From the NCBI GenBank assembly GCA_964035545.1, contig OZ037770.1:14374642-14438641 (forward strand): a DNA stretch of 64,000 bases. The letters run 5' to 3'. The notes beneath the pieces are model-generated. The model was given only the letters and a program-made list of their open reading frames with translations. It ran no database searches and was not told where the DNA came from. The first letter of the stretch is position 1, and each line of letters starts with the position of its first letter. This document shows positions 44,204 through 56,543 of this stretch, piece after piece. The stretch is from Bugula neritina (taxonomy: Eukaryota; Animalia; Bryozoa). A program made the translations under genes and the position numbers.

Positions 44204-47200
44204 TACTACTGCTACTACTACTACTACCACTACTACTGCTACTACTACTACTACTACTACTACTGCTACTACTACTACTACCACTACCACCACTACTACT
44301 ACTAGTACTAATACTAGTACCACTACCACCGCCACCACTACCACTGCTGCTACCACTACCACTACTACTACCGCTACTACTACCACTACTACTTCTACTA
44401 CTACCACTACCACTACTACTACTGCTACTGCTGCTAGTACTACTACTAGTACTAATAAATCTATCAAAGCCAGCAACTTTTACTGTGTCATGGAATTTAC
44501 AGAAGACAGTTGAGTATGACAGATTGAGTGATTGACCAATAGAATTCAATGAAGTTTCACACGAACTACAGATCTACTGGACCCATAATTTGTGGTCCTT
44601 TAGACCAGTTAGTTACTAGGCCACAGGCCCACTGGACTGCAAGTCTTTTTAGGATACTATCTACACTCTACTAAACACAATACAATGATACTGTATACTG
44701 GTGTGATTTAGTATATCATAGTCTTGCTGGAGATACAAATGTTGACCTTAAAAAGCTGACATACTTGACCTCCGAATAACCTTCAATAAAGTCATCAATT
44801 GTGATGTGGAATGTACTGGTAGTATATATTATAAATGCTACACCAATTTAAACCCCTTGGAGAGTGGACCAACGCCTAACATACTGCAGGTGCAATTAGA
44901 TTGTGACAACGCCGTGCCTATCAGTGTGGAAACAGAAAGATAACAAAGTTAGTGAGAGACTTGACTGAGGTTGATCAGTACAACCACACAAACTCGTGAT
45001 AAGCCAACATCTATTGGGAGCAATGTCCATTTAACGCTAGCCACTTCCCACCAGCTATACTATTGCATTTATTATTGTGAATAATACTGGCCTAAGGTGA
45101 TGCTCACCATATACATATATATTGTATTTATCAGTGCTTACATTATATTACTTGGTGCATTATATTACATAGTGCATTATATTATATATAGTACATTATA
45201 TTATATATAGTACATTATATTACATAGTGTATTATATTACATAGTGCATTATATTACACGGTACATTATATTATATATAGTACATTATATTACATGGTGC
45301 ATTATATTGTATATAGTACATTATATTACATGGTACATTATATTGTATATAGTACATTATATTACTTGGTACATTATATTCCGTTGAACATTGGAATGAC
45401 CTCAATTATAATATATTTACTTGTGTTGCATTACTTACGAATATCGCTGTTCACGGCAATCACCGGCTTGTCTATCAGATGTTTAGATGAATACGTGAAG
45501 AAATCGGCCATATGCAGTTTCCTGTCTCTCTTTACTGGCACTATTTTATGTTTGTTCGTCATATTTCGAGATTTCAGCTTCTGAAATCATAAAATATTAT
45601 TCTAATCATTGAGTTTGCATTACGTTACAGAATATAGTATAGGCTATAAATGCAATATTAAACTATATAATATTATAATGTATAATGTTTTATAGTACAG
45701 CTATGATATATTGTATTAAGTTACAGTACAGCTATGAATAATGACCAATAATAATATAATATTATTTTATTGTAATTTCTTCTAGCGAATTTTATAGCTA
45801 TGTTAAACAACCAATATGGAAAGCTTCATTCCATGAATGTTGCAATAATTAAATCATCCGAAACACACACCAATAAACCACCACACAATCCAGAAGCTAG
45901 GTAGAACCATATAACTGCCACTCAAAATGGCGAATAACTATGTCACTGGATAACTGTGCAAGAACTGCTAATGTGAGTAAAAGAATTGAATGAAATGCTG
46001 TATTTACTTTCTTTAGTTGATTCTATAAGCATAAGTACATCTCACATTGCAGCACAATAATGGTAAATAGAGTTATGAACAGTGCAGTATGGCAAACAAG
46101 TCCAATTCTCTTCTCCTTGATATACAACATCCGTTTCAAATTATCTAGAGTTTTGCTCCTACACAACCCATGCTTAGAAGCCCAACCAATAAAATTTGAA
46201 ATATTTCTGAGAACAAAAGCTAAGAACACCGAATAAATAGATAACATCTCCATTTGTTCCCATTCTTTTCTAATATATTCCATAACATGCAACATTTAGT
46301 GTATGACACTAGAAAGGTATGTGAGCCGGGCTAAAAGAAGCAATTTCATGTTTTAACATTAAAGAGGTTTTGATTCGGACTTGATAAATAAAAATATAGT
46401 CAAAATTCATTTCAGTAGAGCTGTGCAATGACTGACCACAAATTGATGTAGAAGTTAGCGGAACCTTGAGGCAACGTAACAACGACTTGGCAACAGTTAC
46501 ACAAGGGTTTAGTTGAAAGAGAATAGAAGGACATAGTTAGGGGAAGGGTGAAATTTTAAAGTAGGGCGTAGGCATGCTTACTCTTGTCATTGCAAAGTCA
46601 AACATGCATGATGAATTTTATGATTGTAGGTAAAAATGGCACAGGTAAAAATGGCACAGGTAGCAATGGCACAGGTAATAATGGCACAGATAATAATGGC
46701 ACAGGTAACAATGGCACAAATGGAAAAGTAGGTAAGAATTGGCACACGGATGTTAAATTTGCCCAAACCACAAACTCAAAACCCCAGTATTATAAAATCT
46801 GCCATTATACCAGCTTTTCCATTTGTGCCATTATTACCTGTACTAATTTTACCAGACACTAATTCTATGCACAAAGCAATGCATGTTAACCTGGGGTAGG
46901 TTACAGAAATGGGAATTTGGCTGCTACAAGTTTTCAAGTGATTTTCAATGCACAATCCAGCTGCTATAAGTTTTATGATACCAGGATGAAGTATTCAAGA
47001 GGAAAAGAAACAACCATATCTCAGCTCAATCTACAAACCACTAGTATTAAAATCTAGAGCCAAAACACATCTGGTCATCACCAGTGAGTTGGACAGAGAC
47101 TATATTGCCTTTGTTCCCAGCAACAAGGAGGGGGGTGGTATGTGGGTGCCAAGCATAAGTTAAAACAGAAGTCTATTTCAACCTCTGCACATGAATGGTC

Positions 47201-50200
47201 AACTTTTCTTCAATCAGAAGTACTATTATATGAGCAGAAACCTGCAGGGAAACTGATGGGTACTAGAGGTGAGTACGTAGGTCATGTAGGTGGTGAGAGA
47301 ACAGAAAAGGTGAAAGGTTAACAAGCCGCATGATTATAATGAGCTGATGAAGTGAATCAGAGGGTGGATATCATCATACTATGCTGCTGGCAGCAAAACC
47401 GAGGCAACCTCATCTAATTAGTTGATGTCTAGATGTTTGTTAATTATAGAATTATAGCCATTATCAATTCTTGGTGTAACTATTAGTAGTACTACTACTA
47501 GTACTAGTAGTAGTAGGCTAGTACTAGTAGTATTACTACTATTAGTAGTAGTAATAGTAGCCTGCTGCTGCTGCTACTACTACCAGATACTCAACTGTAC
47601 TCACATGCTAGCAAAATGTGGTAAAATACTAGAAAATTCATGTACATATATTAACAAGTTCAAAAATCAGACCGTAGGCTAATCCCTGACCATGTGTTGG
47701 TTACCAGTGCCTTGGGGCCAACCTATTGGCTGTAGCGTCTCTAAGCAACCACTCAATTATTGTTTTCTATCAGTTAGTTTTCATTCGGGTGAGCCATAAT
47801 ATAGATAATTGCCTTTTTCAAAAAGTTAACAAGTCTATTATCTGCGCTTGACTTACACCAAGTGCAACTATAGAGATCAACATTTACCTGTAATGAGCTC
47901 TCATCCATGTAGAAGAGTCTAACTTCCTTGACATAAGCTCTGTTGATGTTGGCCTGGAGAGTGTCCAGGTACTCATTGTCTCTGTCATTTAACTCCTCCA
48001 CGCTGTAGCTGGCATACTTAGGCCAGGCCTTACCTGTACCAGACCAAACAAGACTGCATTTCTACCACATAACATTATATAATATATTATATAATATGTT
48101 ATATTACATAAACACAACATATTTTAACCCCATAATATGTTAAATTATTATAAAGATCTGGTGTAGTAAGTTTATAGTCGCCATCCCTGTGAGAATTCCT
48201 GCTGAAAAGGGGTTTTTTAAACTGCCTTAAGACTTGTTTTCTAATGTGGTGTACAGGAGTAATTATGACAGAATGCACTTCCAACCATCACCAATGGCCT
48301 TAACTGGGGTTCGAACCACTGACCTTGTGTTTACTAAACCTTAGGTCAATAGTGTTTAGGCCACTAATACTGCTTCCTTATATATTACATGCACTACTTC
48401 TCCATGATTAGCATTATGGATTTTTCATACTCTAAATGGAAACCACAATCATAACTTAATGCAAAAGGCAACCAATGGTATGGGCATCCATTAGCATAAT
48501 TCGTCACGGAAATGAAGTGATGGTACCCTATTACTCGTTATAATCAGTGATGAGCCTGGATAAATGGGGGGGGGGGGGGGGTGCCTCACAAAAATTAAGA
48601 ATAATGTTGGTCCCTCATATGCCATGTCTAAGTAAAATACCCTCTTAAAAAATATTTTTTAATTTGTCATCTTAGTTCAGGCTGCAATTTCAGTTATATT
48701 TTTATTGCAAAATTAAAGGGAGAAAGCATTGAAGTGTTAATGTTACTAAGAGACTAGTCACTTGTGCAGTGTGTCTGTTCAAAAACAACTCCGGTTAGGG
48801 TTGACAATGTACAAAGACAATGACATTTTTGGAGCTATTCACTTTATGACAATGGTTGTTGTGGCTTTTGATATTTTACAAAGCTTATGTATTATCACTT
48901 TAGTTTTACATTAAACATTCACCCCTGCTTACACTAACAACTGACATACTTTGGTACCTGATAGGCCAATATAATATCTCATCACTTACAAAAAAGACTA
49001 ACAAAGTAGAAGACTTGCTTACACCATCATTTATTTACATTAACTCAGCCATTAGCAACTATAAGTACTGTTATAAAAAATGCTGGAGTTTTTTCAGCTG
49101 TCCATCACATTTACTTCACGATATATCGTCATGCCAAACTTGATTGTCCAAGTTTATCTAGATGATCAGTTGCTAGTGTATCTTCCTTATCACTTGCATA
49201 TGTACTTCTACAGCTATTACACCATCACTGCGTTTCCATCACTGCATTATGCAAATAGATTTTTCATTGCCTAATGGAAATATTTACATCGAATGATACC
49301 GAAACTATAAGTTAATGCAAACCACAATTGATCCGTACAGGCATACATTCCCATAATGCGGAGTCATGGAAACGCAGTGCATAGGAGAGTAGAAAATACT
49401 AGAATGAAGCAGTTTCCATATAGAAATATTTTACATAATTAATGTAGGAAAGACAACTGAAACATGGTCTCAGTTCAGCATAAACAAGGCCCACCGGAGC
49501 AAGTTAGCAAATATTTATAGCAAGTTGTTTGTTTAAAGAATAAGGCAATCGATTTCATCCCAGTTAGATGCTTGCCAGTTAGACACTAGACCCCAAACCC
49601 CACATAAAATACATATATTATACCAAAATAGCCATGTGGGAATTCTACTCAACCTACAATTTTGTACCCAAGTGAACAGGAAGACTTGGTGCTGGAGTGG
49701 CCCATAAAGTGCTGACTTATTTTTCTGAGAAACAGCATGATTATTCTACAAATGTAATGACATCAGCCATGGGACAATATATTCTAGTTTCTTTTAACTT
49801 TGAAGTAATGTTTTATGCAATTTGCCACGTTTTTGTATAAGTGATATTCAAGTTGAACTTCTCAGCTTCAAGCCTGGATGAAATATCTGTACTTAGCTCT
49901 GAAGCTAATGCATTAACATCAACAACTTTACTAATGAGTTTTCATTTCATGTTTTAGTCAGTTGGATAAAATACAAAGGCTCACTCCTAATAATTTGGAA
50001 TGTTAGAAAAAATGGTCATTAAGCATTGGGCTTGAACTTTTTTTCATATTGCGTGATGTAACATGATATCTACAGAGAAAATGCTGATTCTACCAAAACG
50101 GAGGCATTATATTTCAACACTGACTGCATACAATATTGATACTAACAGAATATTATCTACACATGAGTTAGCATTTTGTAAAATGAGCTGTCATTTACTT

Positions 50201-51642
50201 GCACCCAAAATCCTTTTCAACAATCATTGAGGCAAGCAGATATGACAAAAGTATAATAATATCAGACTTTTATTTACAAAGCATAGTGGTATAGCACATA
50301 TGTATATACAATAGCACATCAAAAAGAATACTATTATAAAAGTTCTACGCTTCATCAGCTACCAAAGGTGGCTGCAGATTACAGAGAGCACAGCAGACTA
50401 TTATTATCTTATCTGAAAGAGGTGCCAACAGTAAGCTTACACCTCCAGAACTATTTAAGGTATTAAATTCCTTTATCCGGTAGGTAAAACAATTTTTTAA
50501 TTATAATTACATTAAAGTAAACTGAAGCACGCAAAGTACCCAGACTATGAGAATGTATTCAGTAGTATGCATTGATTTGTAACTAAATCATGAAATGATT
50601 ATCATTGTTGCAACCTCTGTGCTTGGTAGACAAGATAGAGAGGGGTGGTGTGACTGCTGTAACTGTGCTACTGCTCTACATCCTAACAGAGACTAGCCTA
50701 GTGTTTTTAGGCGTCTTACATAAGATATTATAATAGAACTGAAAAGTTTGGTATAGCCACTGTCGTTGCAGCTCAGTGACTGTGCTAGTGTGCTATGCTT
50801 TCGATACTGCTTTACAATGCAACCAAGTAACAGCACTGGTTGATTTGATGTTCTAAGGCCCATGTAATGTCTACTTTTGATGAAATCACCCTACTGCTGC
50901 TGCCACTACTGCTACTAATACTACCACTACCATCAGTACTTCTGCTGCTACTACTGCTACTAATACTACTATCAGTACTACTAATACCTGCTATAGAGAT
51001 AGAATGATCTAATAATGACAACACTTACTTATCTGAACTCTGACATTAGTTATCAATTTATGACTTGAGAATTATCAGCCTTTGAACTGCTGGACTTTTC
51101 TCTCAGCTCTCTTAGCTGGGTGTATTCAAATGTTACTCAATATTTTAAATTAAATTAGTTCAGCATTATTACATAACTGAATATATCAAGGTAGCATAGC
51201 AAAAAGTGCTGTTACATTACTTTTATTACATTAATTTTATTATGTAATAAATAGCACTGCTTAAAACATTTCACACTGCAGTACATATTATAATAGAGTT
51301 TGGCAGGTATTACACCTATGTAATATAAAGTTGGCTCTCCACTGACCAAAGCTGTTGGTGAATGATTTACCAACACAGACTACAATGTAAACAAATGCAC
51401 TTGGGCCAAGTGAAAAGAATATGGCTAGAAGCAGCACCTATTTGTCCAAACTCCTCCTTTCCCCCCCCCCACACAACTGCCCTCAGTCACCTCTAGCTCT
51501 GGTGCTGCATCTAACGATTTTCAAGGGGATCAAACCAAGTTGTACTTACCATTAAATATGCTTAGCATAGTGATGACATAGAACTGGTGGTTAAAAGTAG
51601 CCGTGGGTAGCTGGGTCTGAACTTCAGGTGGAATGTAGACAT
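41727..51642 (-). CDS. Uncharacterised protein, possibly glycosyltransferase-like; N-terminus unresolved
   Basis: Exons 51642-51550, 48033-47888, 45580-45439, 43759-43616, 42523-42422, 41950-41727 join in frame with GT-AG: RDNEYLDTLQANINRAYVKEVRLF..DFFTYSS..IAVNSDILLGDGFE..LTRH..YKGSHDTHIF..AENGMLW..VRNPCRVLLTYHNHCS. Candidate upstream exons near 51870-51960, 52567-52615 and 53174-53198 could not be joined reliably. Confidence 0.8.
42102..42336. mobile_element. 235-bp hAT (Charlie/Buster-like) MITE
   Basis: TIR CAGGGGTGGGCAAC / GTTGTCCACCCCTG; GTCTAG on both flanks (partial NTCTAGAN-type target). Confidence 0.8.
42540..43610. repeat. 20-bp minisatellite (CAGGTATAGTATATATAGYA)n with a degenerate 22-bp left end, filling nearly a whole intron
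   Basis: Read directly; bounded by exons ending at 43616 and starting at 42523. Confidence 0.96.
43793..44455. repeat. (CTA/CCA)n microsatellite
   Basis: Read directly; explains poly-S/L/T/V/Y ORFs. Confidence 0.97.
45140..45380. repeat. 18/20-bp minisatellite (GTRCATTATATTAY..)
   Basis: Read directly, ~12 units. Confidence 0.9.
46623..46860. mobile_element. Mutator-like non-autonomous element with 15-bp subterminal repeats (GGTAAAAATGGCACA)
   Basis: Repeats inverted at the right end (TGTGCCATTATTACC); 9-bp TSD AATTTTATG / AATTCTATG. Confidence 0.72.
48168..48345 (-). mobile_element. tRNA-derived SINE (V-SINE-like)
   Basis: B-box GGTTCGAACC near 48308-48317 followed on the minus strand by GGCCATTGGTGATGGTTGGAAGTGCATTC; second copy at 38985. 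Confidence 0.7.
49226..49379. mobile_element. ~155-bp MITE
   Basis: Perfect TIR CACTGCGTTTCCAT / ATGGAAACGCAGTG; homologous to 31128-31289. Confidence 0.78.
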
Positions 51643-53299
51643 CTACACAGAAAAGGTGAATACAGTGAGGCTGATAGACAGATTTGCTATTGACCATGGG
51701 TCGGAAAATTCATACTCAAAGTTATGGAATAAGCTTGTAAGATTGGATTTTATAAATTTTATCAATTTCAGGTTAGAGGAAGCTTTAGGAGTAGGAGTTG
51801 CGGAATTGGAGAATCTACTGGTACTAATAACTGGTACCATCAAGTTGTGTTACATCTGCTCACATCTTTACATTCCTGTATTGTCACAGCTAAGCAACAC
51901 TGCAGTAGAACTACTATAAACAGTATGTCCTAGTCAGTTTGTTTCAGTATAGATACTCTACTGTACAACAATACAAAATATGACAAAAAATGCTCCAATA
52001 TTCCGAGACAGTCACTGTGGTAATACAAATTATTACAACAATTGCAAAAGAATGAAGTTAATACTAACCTTTAATAACTCAAACCAATATTCATTTTGAG
52101 TAAGTTATCATTGAAAACAACATGGTCAGATGATGCACATTCACTTTCATATTGTCCACACATTAATTACATGATAAATAGCGCTAGGGCTCACTTCTTA
52201 ACATTTTCATCATTTGACTATATACAATAGCCTACAGTCATTATCAAATTTACAAATAAAAATATCAATCAATGAAATATTGATAGCTTCTTATTCGAGT
52301 CATAAATTTTGATACCAATCACCATACATACGTCTATCTACCCTACTTATGTTTCGGCTGTATTGTGACAATGCAGGGGTAACGATGATGAATCTATTTA
52401 CCTTCATCACAACCACGAAAAATAATTTGCTCTCCTACTTACTACATAACTACTTACTTATTTACTATTTACACCAGAGGGCCCAAATAAAAAAAACCCA
52501 AAAAAATCAACACAATTATTCCACACTATAAATTAATGTATAAAATAAATTAAGTCCTTCTATAACCTTGCATGTTTCCAGGTGTTCGACGTCTTCAAAT
52601 GTATTCAAAGGTACACTAAATATTATTGATCATCATGATCATGAAAACTAATGGTATTTCATTATACTTTACAAAATTCATTCAACTCATTTTATACCAA
52701 ATGCCATGGAAATGCCATGACATTTCACATTATAACTATAAGTGTTACTGGTACCAAGACTATCAGTACCAGTATGAGTGACACCGTGGTACTTCATAGT
52801 TGTAGCAGTGATGGTGATACTGATCAGTGATTGGGACTATAAATATAACTATAAGCAAAATTCATTAATTAACTCTGCCTCCATAGAATTATTCAACTTT
52901 CACAATCAATACTATTATAAACATAATTATTATAATAATTTAATTACAGACTTGGACTTAGAGTAAATTATATTGATATATTTATAATATTAATAATATT
53001 ATTATTAATACCCAATACTAATAGTAATAGTAATAATCAATGTGTTATACTTATCATGAGACTTGATCTATAATGAAATCTGTACTAAATAACTTATGTT
53101 TTATAGTGTGGAATATACTATATAGTAACAACAAGTCTAACGACTCTATACTAATACTTCTAGTTAAACCTACCTCGGGCTGGTCCTGTAAACGTCATTT
53201 TGTATAAATAAATTGGTAAAACTAGAAGGGCTGCTATAGAAACTAGTGCAACTCTGCGCAATGAGAAGCAATTTCGTAGCATTTTAAAAAGTACTCAAT

Positions 53300-53650
53300 G
53301 TTTCGGCGGTGGATGGCGTAAAATTTGTAGTCAGCTAGTGCCGGTTGTCATTTTGATTATGATTACAACAGGTTCCTCACGCATTCAGGTCCGATTCCAG
53401 CTGCAGACGTTCTAATCAATTAGTACCACGTGCCCAATGACACACGCATGCATGATGAACCTGCCAATCATTGGCTTTGAAAACGCCTCTATTTCAACGC
53501 TTGGAAGAAGCACTTGAACGGGGTGTAATTTAGAGCCCGTGGTTGCAATATAAATCTGCGCTAAGAAGTAACCCGCCTACCTCAGTTGTACGACTGCTCA
53601 CCGCGCGGTGGTTTATTTCTTCTACCTCTCTACTACGAACGCCGAGGAAA
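53300..53650. promoter_or_regulatory. CpG-enriched candidate promoter region
   Basis: Locally high GC/CpG; CACGTG ~53427, CCAATCATTGG ~53464, ATATAAA ~53548; upstream of the minus-strand gene's candidate first exon (donor near 53174). Confidence 0.35.
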
Positions 53651-54553
53651 AGCAATGATGAAGGAAGTAATAATATTTTTAATGAAAACAACATAAATAT
53701 CAATTTTAGTCTCATATTGATAGCTGTTGACAGACACGATTGCTCTTCTTCAGTATAAGGCAACTCCACAACCGTGCATAATTGTTTTTCACATGCGTTA
53801 TTTATCAAAACAAGTTTCAACCATTAGCTACAGGTTTTAGAAATTTGTGTATTGTGAAGTATGCATGGTTCGGGTGGAGCCGAAAGATTGCCAGATGAAA
53901 TGTTGCTAAGGAAACCGGAACACAACAAACACCATATGAATTAAACTCTACTACTTTATAGCTTAGTTGACATTAATTTCTGCTTGTTTGGAAACAATGG
54001 AAAATGAATTATATGATTTATTTTCACTGTTGGTATAAATGAGTGCATGCATGATCATTAAATTGAAAGTGTTTTGAAGCTAGTCATAATTACTAGTCCT
54101 GAAAGAGATAACAATCTTGACAAGTTTACAAAATATTTGAAGGGTCATTGTCCAAAAGCTCTTGCCGCCATGACTCATTCGACAGAAATGTGAGAGCTTT
54201 CAATAAATTGCTCTTTTGTCATCTTTGTGAATGTAAATCATGTTTATGACTTTTCACTCCTGCACTGATTCACCATGGCTAGTTTGTTAAGTGTAGGTAT
54301 CTCTAGAAACAGCGCAAAGTTTGGAGTTATTAAGTGCATCGTCTGTATAAAACTGTATAACTCCTTACTCCAATCTTTGATTCAGTGCACTGGGGGTCTC
54401 TTCCTGTGTGCTGCTTATAGCTGTTTCTTTAGAGTACGTGGGTAATATATGTCATTGATGCAATAATGCATTTATATGTGCTATATATAATACAAGTGCT
54501 AGTATGAAATTATGGTTCTTGTTAGACTATAGAATATTATAATTTACAAATAT

Positions 54554-54841
54554 ACCCCTCATTCACACTTAACGTACTGTAGGCCGTAACGTAAAATATC
54601 AGCCATTTTTAATATGCCCGTTTTCAAAGTCCGTTATCAGGTACGATCTATGACATTTCATGGGCAATTATATTCAATGAGTTAATGCAAAAGTTTTTCT
54701 GTCCAATAGGAGCACACCGCAACATTTTTGAATGAAGCAGGGCTTGATCCTAACGTACTGCAACGGCATACAGGAAGCTCAGACATTTGTGAAAATGGCT
54801 GATATTTGCTGTTACGGCCTAGGTGTGTGTGAATGAGGGGT
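54554..54841. mobile_element. ~290-bp MITE, Harbinger-like ends
   Basis: TIR ACCCCTCATTCACAC / GTGTGAATGAGGGGT plus inner inverted TAGGCCGTAAC..ATATCAGCCATTTT. Confidence 0.8.
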
Positions 54842-55718
54842 TATGCAATAAATAATGCAATTTCGAAAAAAATGCTGAAATGTTACACAATTGATTCTAT
54901 TTGTGTTTTGTCATAACGTATAATATTATTATAATATTATCTTTGAAGCTTTGGGCTAATCAATAATATGTCCATTTCATTCATAAGAATAGCCCTAAAT
55001 TCCCCGCTCCCCCCTCTTACAGAGCACTGCACTCCACTCTTTATTTTGGTGCTATTGAAAAAGCATTCGAGTTATCTACCCACTACAAATGCTTGCACAT
55101 AAAGCTAAACCCCGATAGCCTGAAGGTTAAAAAATTTCTCTAAGCAATTTTGTATGTGCTTCACCATCAATAGGGCTATGAAATGTATTATATTTTGTTG
55201 CTGTATATTTAATTAATGTTTTATATGAGGAGATTTCATAGTAATTAATAAAATTGTTGTAATAATATATATTAGGGAAATGATGCTTATAGCTACAGTA
55301 TAGGGAGAAATTTAATCATGGGGCTATAATTGAAATTGCTAGACAAAGAGGATGCAACTCCAATGTGTGAAACAAGCTTAGCACTATTATAGTACTTGAT
55401 AGTATAATAATTATATTAAATGCTCAAAGCGAAGCTGGACAATGAACCAGACAAAACAATTAGTCTGTAGTGTTATTTGTTAAGAACTGTGAGAATAAAA
55501 CCACTCCCTTCACCATCTTTGATAATAAGTATTAATTCTAATGAATACAAACTTTTGTTGCGTGTTTAGTGAAGCTTTATTAACTAAAAAACTTAAACAA
55601 AAGCTCGTCAGTTTCAAATAAAACCAAATTAGAGTTGTCTCCTCAATGTATTCAAACGTATAAGTATTTCTAGTAAGTCCAAGTATAAGTTTACTAAGGA
55701 ATAACGTAACATCTCTTA

Positions 55719-56061
55719 GCCTAGGGCCACACTGTGCGTATTTTCGCATGCGAAAATTGAAATCACAAGTAGCAAAGGTGTCCACTGTGCGCGTTGAGAA
55801 AACCTTCGCACTTGTCGCTCTGCATTTTCAACGCAAGTGCGAATCGTCTCTGTCGTCGTCACCTAATTGGCTGGTAGCTATTCAGCGAGCCCAATTTCTT
55901 TATTTAGTGCTACATTCCAGTAAATTGCGTTTTATTGAAAGCGAGTGCGATTTAAAAATGAAAGCTTTATTTATCACGCATCACTGACGCTACAGTGGAC
56001 ACCTTTGCTACCCGTGATTTTAATTTTCGCATGCGAAAATACGCACAGTGTGGCCCTAGGC
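55719..56061. mobile_element. 343-bp PIF/Harbinger (Tourist-like) MITE
   Basis: ~70-bp near-perfect TIR starting GCCTAGGGCCACACTGTGCGTATTTTCGCATGCGAAAATT; TTA on both sides. Confidence 0.88.
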
Positions 56062-56069
56062 TTAATGGT

Positions 56070-56520
56070 TGTATTGGTATGCCACCCAGAAGTATTGGCA
56101 GGCAGCCAATCATTAAAGCTTTCAAGCTTCAAAAGCTTTCACCAAAGCTACTATTAGCTGGCAGAGCTAGTTCATTCACTGTACTGCATGAGTCAGTGTA
56201 TCATGATCAAACCGCCATATTTACACTCTTTGTATGAATAAACTATCGGTTTCGGCATTGTGATGGCTAAGATTTTTATCCACGCATCAATATTGTAAGT
56301 TTATTAGAATTATAATAGTTCATGTCAATTTTTTGGTTCTGTAATATTCATAGTGTTCCTCTGAATTTTGATTTATATTGTGACTACTTATTTATACAAT
56401 TTCTAATGTTTCCCATTTTATAGGGTACGATTTGACAGTTAATAAACTCGAAAACCTGTTGCCAAGTTGGCTAGTAGTTAAAGCATATCTTGCAACCAGA
56501 CACAAACACAAACCGATACA
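56070..56520 (+). repeat. 5' LTR
   Basis: TGTATTGGT...ACCGATACA; about 6 differences from the 3' LTR by eye. Confidence 0.95.
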
Positions 56521-56543
56521 GTACCAATATTGCTGAGGCTGAC

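Noticed and set aside
42591-44549. 652-aa and overlapping repetitive ORFs
   Set aside because: Mini/microsatellite read-through; only 43759-43616 is a credible exon.
46584-46862. NNGTG-repeat ORF
   Set aside because: Subterminal repeats of a Mutator-like MITE.
48290-48345. tRNA gene (GGTTCGAACC)
   Set aside because: No cloverleaf; it is the head of a SINE with a second copy at ~39000.
53830-53945. Possible short plus-strand exon/ORF downstream of the CpG-rich region
   Set aside because: Under 30 codons, no recognisable motif or joinable exons.
55510-56237. Paired ORFs starting MDTFAT.DFNFRMRKYAQCGPRL on opposite strands
   Set aside because: Products of the MITE's terminal inverted repeats.
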